A DNA stretch of 30,592 nt from positions 1-30,592 of the forward strand of contig JAYUWT010000334.1 of the NCBI GenBank assembly GCA_043753405.1, in the 5' to 3' direction. The position numbers and the translations under genes were made by a program. This document shows, in pieces, positions 25,745-30,592 of the stretch. Numbering within the stretch: position 1 is the stretch's first letter; each line of letters starts with the position of its first letter. Source of the DNA: Saprospiraceae bacterium. Its GTDB lineage: Bacteria; Bacteroidota; Bacteroidia; Chitinophagales; Saprospiraceae. The notes under the pieces are model-generated. The model did not search any database, was not told the origin of the DNA, and worked only from the letters and a program-made list of their open reading frames with translations.

Positions 25745-27166
25745 ATGCACTTTGAGAATTTGTTAACGGGCCTGATACTAAACATGTTAGTTTTTACTGC
25801 TCTTAGTTTGCCCGGACAATCCATCACTTTGTCCAATGAAATTAACATGGTTTCTGACAATAATTATGATTTGATCGGATATTTTAACAATCGGATCACC
25901 TTACTTGAGGATAACGGTCGTAATATAACGCTGCATGAATTTGATGACAATCTGAAGAGTCTGAATGCCCCTATGATCACTAATGATAATAAAAAAAGCA
26001 GATTATTTGGCTATGTGCCTCAAGACACGGTATTGACACTTTATTACAAGTACTTTGAAGAAGGACAGCATGTCATTTCCCTTGTCAATTATAATTCAGG
26101 ACTTCAAGTGACAGATGGTCTCATCCTGCAGCAATATGATAAAAACCAGCATCGAGTCCTGCCCATCAATGTTTCAGAAGACAAATCCTACCATCTGATC
26201 ATGATAGATGAAGGTTCAGGTCGCACTACAAGGTATATGATGTACGATGCACTCACCAATAAGATCATCTGGAACTACCATGACCCGGGCATTGATGTGA
26301 ATCTGTATGAAGAGGACAGGATCGCCAAGATAGTTTCGAACAAGGGTGTTTATTTCGCTTTATATGTCAATGGACATAACCGTTTTAAAAATAATTATAC
26401 TCTGGTGCGCATAGACCCCGGCGGCTATAAAAGGATGGAAGTACCGTTAAATCAGCTTCCATTATCAGACATTTATCTGGATTATGATGACGATCTTGAC
26501 AGGCTGTCACTGTTTGGGATTTATATGGACGAGGGGAATGCCGCGCAGGAAGGTTTGCTTCGTGTCGACGTGAACCCGGGATTAACAGCTTACGGTGAAA
26601 TGAAGAAAATACCTTTCGGAAGACAAACTATCATTGATTATTTTGGACAGAATCAGAGACAAAAGATGGGTATAGTAGATCTTGAATTAAACGAAGTACA
26701 GAAAAGAAAAGATGGCGGTAATCTGGTCATATGTGAACAAAAAAAAGAAGTCAACAGGGTCAACAATACGGGTAGAAGTGCATTCCTTCCTGTCAGTACC
26801 AGTACCGACTATTATATAGAAGATATAGTCCTGACCAGTCTTGATAAGGAAGGTAATCTGGAATGGCAGAAAGTGTTACAAAAAAAACAATACTCTTATG
26901 ATGATGACGCCTCCTATTCTTCATATTATATCCATGCCAATCCATCTCACCTGCGTTTGTTATACAATGATGAGATCAAATCAGAAAACACCATCAGTGA
27001 ATACATAGTTAATCCTTTGGGTAATGTAGACCGGCGAGTAATGTTCAATACCGCAGGTTCAGACCTACATGTTCAGATCAGGAACGCAAGGCAGATCAGT
27101 GCCAATTCTACCATCCTGCCTAGTATCCGTAAGGGAAAATTGAGGTTGTTGAAAGTAACTTACTAA
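25745..27166 (+). CDS. conserved exported hypothetical protein of Bacteroidota (beta-rich)
   Basis: Signal-like N-terminus; RKDGGNLVICE, YYIEDIVLTSLD..EWQKVLQKKQYSYDDDASYSSY motifs. Confidence 0.8.
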   Translation: MHFENLLTGLILNMLVFTALSLPGQSITLSNEINMVSDNNYDLIGYFNNRITLLEDNGRNITLHEFDDNLKSLNAPMITNDNKKSRLFGYVPQDTVLTLYYKYFEEGQHVISLVNYNSGLQVTDGLILQQYDKNQHRVLPINVSEDKSYHLIMIDEGSGRTTRYMMYDALTNKIIWNYHDPGIDVNLYEEDRIAKIVSNKGVYFALYVNGHNRFKNNYTLVRIDPGGYKRMEVPLNQLPLSDIYLDYDDDLDRLSLFGIYMDEGNAAQEGLLRVDVNPGLTAYGEMKKIPFGRQTIIDYFGQNQRQKMGIVDLELNEVQKRKDGGNLVICEQKKEVNRVNNTGRSAFLPVSTSTDYYIEDIVLTSLDKEGNLEWQKVLQKKQYSYDDDASYSSYYIHANPSHLRLLYNDEIKSENTISEYIVNPLGNVDRRVMFNTAGSDLHVQIRNARQISANSTILPSIRKGKLRLLKVTY

Positions 27167-27204
27167 AAAAAAGGAAGAAAAATATTTTAATTCCGCAAAA
27201 GTAA

Positions 27205-27212
27205 TATCTTTG
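27205..27212 (+). promoter_or_regulatory. -7 element (TATCTTTG) driving the tRNA-Val locus
   Basis: Exact consensus TATCTTTGC, 31 nt upstream of the first tRNA-like copy. Confidence 0.7.
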
Positions 27213-27243
27213 CCTCACTTTTGAAGAAAAGTAATTTTATTTA

Positions 27244-27305
27244 GGGAGCATAGCTCAGCTGGTTCAGTATCCCGATTTAATATCGGGAGGGTCCGCGGTT
27301 CGAAC
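27244..27305 (+). pseudogene. tRNA-Val pseudo-copy with the anticodon arm replaced by a palindrome
   Basis: 27244-27267 and 27287-27305 are identical to 27348-27371 and 27391-27409 of tRNA-Val; the intervening 19 nt differ; no 3' T-stem or acceptor strand. Confidence 0.85.
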
Positions 27306-27347
27306 TCCAACAACTTCGGGAAAGACTGAAGAAAAAAGAAATACATT

Positions 27348-27422
27348 GGGAGCATAGCTCAGCTGGTTCAGAGCATCTGCCTTACAAGCAGAGGGTCCGC
27401 GGTTCGAACCCGTGTGCTCCCA
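27348..27422 (+). tRNA. tRNA-Val(TAC)
   Basis: GGGAGCA/TGCTCCC acceptor, GCTC/GAGC D-stem, TCTGC-CTTACAA-GCAGA anticodon arm, CGCGG-TTCGAAC-CCGTG T-arm. Confidence 0.98.
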
Positions 27423-27433
27423 CAAACATTGAC

Positions 27434-27463
27434 AAGGGTCTTGAGAAATCGGGACCCTTTTTT
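27434..27463 (+). terminator. intrinsic terminator of tRNA-Val
   Basis: AAGGGTCTTGA-GAAA-TCGGGACCCTT followed by TTTT. Confidence 0.8.
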
Positions 27464-27471
27464 ATTTATAG

Positions 27472-27494
27472 AGGTTAAACAATAGGTTAAACAA
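27472..27494 (+). repeat. 11-bp direct repeat AGGTTAAACAA x2 (12-bp period)
   Basis: AGGTTAAACAA-T-AGGTTAAACAA immediately after the tRNA terminator. Confidence 0.7.
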
Positions 27495-27517
27495 GCATGT
27501 TTTTACTTTGAGTTATA

Positions 27518-27534
27518 TGTACAAATTTTGTACA
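27518..27534. promoter_or_regulatory. operator-like palindrome TGTACAAA-T-TTTGTACA over the kinase start
   Basis: Perfect 8-bp arms; contains the TTG at 27528. Confidence 0.5.
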
Positions 27535-28547
27535 CTACTAATAAAAATAACGTTTTGGGAATAAAATTCACACAGCCTGAAAATTATACAGGATTTAACT
27601 TTGAAACGAATAAAATCAAGAGGCTTAAAAAGAAAGATTTCGTAGTAGAGGATATTAAGGTTGGAGGTGATGCGCCAAAAATATTCATTAGAGCAAAATT
27701 TTATGAACACGGCCGAAGAAGAGATCATGGGACTAAGAAAAATTATATTGCAAAAGTTGGACATAAATGGTATTGTAATGAATCTATTACTGAACATCTA
27801 TTAAATAGGCTTGGCAAGTGCGTAGGGGTCAAAATTGCAAACTCTCAACTTAAATTTATTAATGGGCAACTTTATTTTTTAAGTGAGTATTTTTTACAAG
27901 CAGATCAGCAATTAATACATGGGGCAGAGATTTATAGAGGTTTCTACAAAGATGATTCCAACTTTGTAGAGGAAATTGAAGAACAAAAGCAATCTAAAAG
28001 TTTGTTTACCTTTCAAGAGACCCAACAAGCTTTAAGTGAGATATTTGGACAAAAAAATACTACAATTTATACTAACTTTGTAAAAATGCTTTTGTTTGAT
28101 GCTTTTGTTGGTAACAATGACAGACATTTTTATAATTGGGGAGTAGTAAGGCATGTTGCAAATAAGCATGAACCTTATTTTTCACCAATATATGATACCG
28201 CTAGGGGATTATTTTGGAATAAAAGTGAAGAATCCATTAATAGTTTCTTATCAAATAAGGATTCATTAGAATCAAGAATTGAAAAATATGCAATTAAGTC
28301 AACACCTAAGCTGGGTTGTTCTAAGACGGATGTAGATAATCATTTCGATCTTGTAAAAAGCATTTATGTTTGTAGCTCTAAATATCTACAAGAAATTATA
28401 AAAAACTTTATAAGCTCACTTGATTTAAATGTTTGCTTTCAGCTTATAGATGAAGAATTTATAAGTATTCTTTCATCAAACAGAATGATATTAATAAAAA
28501 AGTTATTAAAGTTTAGGCACTTAAAACTTTTAGATATCGTTAAATAG
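27528..28547 (+). CDS. HipA-family (HipT/CtkA/Stk-like) Ser/Thr kinase, core domain only
   Basis: Gly-loop VGGDAPK(46-51), YIAK76, E89, catalytic GNND198RHFYNWG, SPIYD223. Start uncertain (TTG; the first in-frame ATG is codon 187). Confidence 0.9.
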   Translation: MYTTNKNNVLGIKFTQPENYTGFNFETNKIKRLKKKDFVVEDIKVGGDAPKIFIRAKFYEHGRRRDHGTKKNYIAKVGHKWYCNESITEHLLNRLGKCVGVKIANSQLKFINGQLYFLSEYFLQADQQLIHGAEIYRGFYKDDSNFVEEIEEQKQSKSLFTFQETQQALSEIFGQKNTTIYTNFVKMLLFDAFVGNNDRHFYNWGVVRHVANKHEPYFSPIYDTARGLFWNKSEESINSFLSNKDSLESRIEKYAIKSTPKLGCSKTDVDNHFDLVKSIYVCSSKYLQEIIKNFISSLDLNVCFQLIDEEFISILSSNRMILIKKLLKFRHLKLLDIVK

Positions 28548-28552
28548 TAACA

Positions 28553-28960
28553 ATGAAAAAAATTGTCAATAATATAAAAAAGTATTTTGCAAAGCCGGAA
28601 GGCCTTGAAGACACTTATGCACCAAAGGATGTAAATGCAAAATTTTTATTAATGTATAAAAATACTGCTGTTGGAGAACTCACATTAAATGATGCTATGT
28701 GGGAGTTTAAGTATACTCCTATGTTTAAAACACAAAAAGAAGTATTACCAATTGTAGATTTTCCTGATGTAAATAAAGTTTATAAACTAGATCATTTGTG
28801 GCCATTTTTTGTGAGCCGGATTCCTGGATTAGGTCAACCAGAAGTGCAGAATGTAATTAAGAGGGAAAAAATTGATAAAGAGAATGAATTTGAACTTTTA
28901 AAGAGGTTCGGAATAAAATCTATTGCAAATCCTTTTACTTTAGAGTTATCTATAAGTTGA
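28553..28960 (+). CDS. HipS-like / HipA N-terminal (couple_hipA) domain protein
   Basis: LMYKNTAVGELTLND..WEFKY..FPDVNKVY..LWPFFVSRIP..EFELLKRFG; 5 nt after the kinase stop; no HIRAN or HTH extension. Confidence 0.85.
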   Translation: MKKIVNNIKKYFAKPEGLEDTYAPKDVNAKFLLMYKNTAVGELTLNDAMWEFKYTPMFKTQKEVLPIVDFPDVNKVYKLDHLWPFFVSRIPGLGQPEVQNVIKREKIDKENEFELLKRFGIKSIANPFTLELSIS

Positions 28961-29143
28961 AAATCAAAGCAGAAATAGCTAGATGGGAAGGACATTATGT
29001 GCCTCAAAAAATTGATCAGAAAACAATAGATATAAAGCAAGTGAAGTAACATATGTTTTGAGGTAGATCGATTCTAAATGTAAAAAGATGTATATGATTG
29101 AATCTCAAAGCAAGTAACCTTATTGTGAAGCTTTACAAACTTT

Positions 29144-29166
29144 CCTGCCGGTTTTTACATACAGGC
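29144..29166. repeat. CCTGCC-type REP-like hairpin remnant
   Basis: CCTGCCGG-TTTTTACAT-ACAGGC; shares CCTG..CAGG arms with 22031-22057. Confidence 0.35.
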
Positions 29167-29177
29167 TAGTCTACTTT

Positions 29178-29384
29178 TTACTTCAATGAATCTTTAGGCA
29201 AGTATACTGGCAATTTATCTTTGTCTAGTATAATACGCTTACTCATAATGCTATTATCAATTTCCTTTTGATATTCTTTGGGATACTGGATGTAAACATC
29301 ATTATCAGAAATATTTTTGGGAGCAGTTGTTTTATTTGAACAACTACATAAAATTAAAATAAAAAACCAAGAAATATTTTTCAT
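29178..29384 (-). CDS. small putative lipoprotein (68 aa), possibly truncated
   Basis: MKNISWFFILILCSC signal II/lipobox; ATG 29384 preferred over 29417. Confidence 0.55.
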   Translation of the reverse strand: MKNISWFFILILCSCSNKTTAPKNISDNDVYIQYPKEYQKEIDNSIMSKRIILDKDKLPVYLPKDSLK

Positions 29385-29564
29385 CGCGATTGTATTAGTA
29401 TGTACACTGCAAGTCATCTACTTTATTGATGTCCGGTAGTTGCTTTGATCCACTCAAAATATAACGTTTACTTATAACTTTTAATTATTTAACTTAAATA
29501 GGACACTTCTAAACTTTATAAAGTTAATCAGGACTAGGACTATTTTAGGTGAAGTTAGCTGAGG

Positions 29565-30590
29565 TTATTCAGAAACCTTCACAAACCTGCCTGAATACGC
29601 TCCATTCAATAAAACATTGTAAATCCCACTATTCAGATCTTTTATATCAATTCCTTCTTTCAAATGGAGAGCTTTACCACTCCAAACAACTTTACCATTC
29701 TGATCCACAATTTTAGCTAGATAGGAATCATATTGATTAGAGAATGAACTTTTAATATAATCACAAGCAGGATTTGGATAAGGCTGATGAATAAAATAAT
29801 CATAAGATTTTTTACTCATTAATACATTATATTTCAGTTTTACCACTGCGGAAGTTTCCCCTCCCTGTAACCCGTTATCATAATTAGACCCAATAATAAT
29901 ACCCGAGTTAATCAATACTAAAAAAGCTGGAGAAACATTTTTGAAGCCCAAACTAAATTTAAATAAACCCTGATCAGCAAAACTTTCAACTAAAGTTCCG
30001 TTATCATCTATATTTAAAATTATTTGTTCAAACCTCGGTTGGTTAAATTGATCTCTGAAAACTGCTGTTCCATGAAAAATGATTGTTCCATTTTGCATTT
30101 CTTCAGCAGTTACAACAAATGAGTCGAATTCACCTAACGGCAAATTAAGAACTCCCTCCTCAGCAAAATCCGAGTCAAGTATTCCATTGTTTTTAAATTT
30201 GGCAATTGTTATTTCTAATTTAGTAGTAAAAGTAACCCCAGATGTAATTATAGAACCATCATTAAGTATTATAGATTCAAATCCATTACTACCTATTACA
30301 CCTTGAATATCTACAAAACTCTTACCGATCGTATTATATGAATTATCATATGATCCCTGATTATTAAAACGTGCTGTGAATATTTTGTAAATTTCTTCCT
30401 CTGAATCTCCTGAGTGACCAGTTAATAAAATATTTGATTCTTTATCAATATTTAAATTTATAAAGGACTCAAATTCATTTATATATGGCTTAATATAACC
30501 ATCAGTTCCGAAATCTAAATCCACAACACCATCTTTATCGAATTTATAGATAATCCCTCGTTCTGATTCTTCTCCTTCTAAATTACCACA
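29565..30590 (-). CDS. T9SS type A sorting domain protein with delta-60 (DUF5122-like) repeats; 5' part beyond the window
   Basis: Frame stays open to the window end; repeats DKDGVVDLDFGTDG, NNQGSYDNSYNTIG, KNNGILDSDFAEEG, DDNGTLVESFADQG; CTD YPNPA..IVDQNGKVV..LNSGIYNV..RFVK. Confidence 0.88.
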   Translation of the reverse strand, partial: CGNLEGEESERGIIYKFDKDGVVDLDFGTDGYIKPYINEFESFINLNIDKESNILLTGHSGDSEEEIYKIFTARFNNQGSYDNSYNTIGKSFVDIQGVIGSNGFESIILNDGSIITSGVTFTTKLEITIAKFKNNGILDSDFAEEGVLNLPLGEFDSFVVTAEEMQNGTIIFHGTAVFRDQFNQPRFEQIILNIDDNGTLVESFADQGLFKFSLGFKNVSPAFLVLINSGIIIGSNYDNGLQGGETSAVVKLKYNVLMSKKSYDYFIHQPYPNPACDYIKSSFSNQYDSYLAKIVDQNGKVVWSGKALHLKEGIDIKDLNSGIYNVLLNGAYSGRFVKVSE

Positions 30591-30592
30591 AA

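Larger units (their letters stand above)
27464..30592. mobile_element. putative accessory island / island remnant downstream of tRNA-Val
   Basis: tRNA 3' location, visibly AT-richer coding sequence with ATT/TTA-rich codons, TA/defence-type cargo, direct repeat at the edge. No integrase or att duplicate within the window. Confidence 0.45.

Noticed and set aside
27271-27287. Functional tRNA-Leu(TAA) reading of the ghost copy (CCCGA-TTTAATA-TCGGG)
   Set aside because: D-stem is broken, position 37 is T, and there is no 3' T-stem or acceptor strand.
27244-27422. CRISPR-like repeat-spacer reading of the duplicated 24-nt and 19-nt blocks
   Set aside because: Only two copies, fully explained by tRNA-Val sequence; no cas genes.
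15159-28547. Functional link between the HipA-like kinase (GltX-type target) and hemA (uses Glu-tRNA)
   Set aside because: 11 kb apart, different compositional context, and the kinase target is unknown; proximity is most simply coincidence.
29512-29525. Perfect 14-bp palindrome AACTTTATAAAGTT
   Set aside because: Almost entirely A/T and single-copy; no supportable function.
1459-30306. Remaining short antisense or alternative-frame ORFs nested in recognised genes (e.g. 6811-7179, 8086-8406, 10836-11192, 14284-15029, 17048-17411, 19173-19974, 23545-23877, 24817-25218, 27513-27797, 30079-30306)
   Set aside because: Shadow ORFs of well-supported CDSs, with no family motifs.

Overview
Bacteroidota chromosomal window, probably Saprospiraceae/Chitinophagales (inferred from TAnnTTTG -7 promoter elements, a T9SS C-terminal sorting domain and Bacteroidota-type hem/ClC/DPP4 proteins). 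Left to right: small accessory genes (LprI, DUF1905/YdeI, lipoprotein hydrolase, membrane protein), tRNA-Asn, PfkB kinase, DUF2911-TPR, a vWA protein, a BlaI-M56 operon with a palindromic operator, a ClC-CBS transporter, hemA-C-D-E-F with divergent hemH, DPP IV, an orphan 2-aminomuconate-deaminase-like RidA, ATL, TrpF-like, DUF937-OmpA, an apparently cofactor-less radical-SAM homologue, a conserved exported protein and tRNA-Val(TAC). After tRNA-Val the sequence becomes more AT-rich and island-like; it carries a HipA-family kinase followed by a HipS-like gene (no hipB) and a partial T9SS delta-60-repeat gene. Best leads: (1) the kinase->HipS pair with non-canonical motifs, a non-ATG start and an orphan operator-like palindrome; (2) a tRNA-Val pseudo-copy whose anticodon arm is replaced by a REP-like palindrome; (3) the degenerate radical-SAM protein; (4) stacked 7/8-mer microsatellites and CGCAAAG/CCTGCC REP-like elements. 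All family assignments come from motif recognition without database searches. No CRISPR, rRNA, integrase or transposase was seen.
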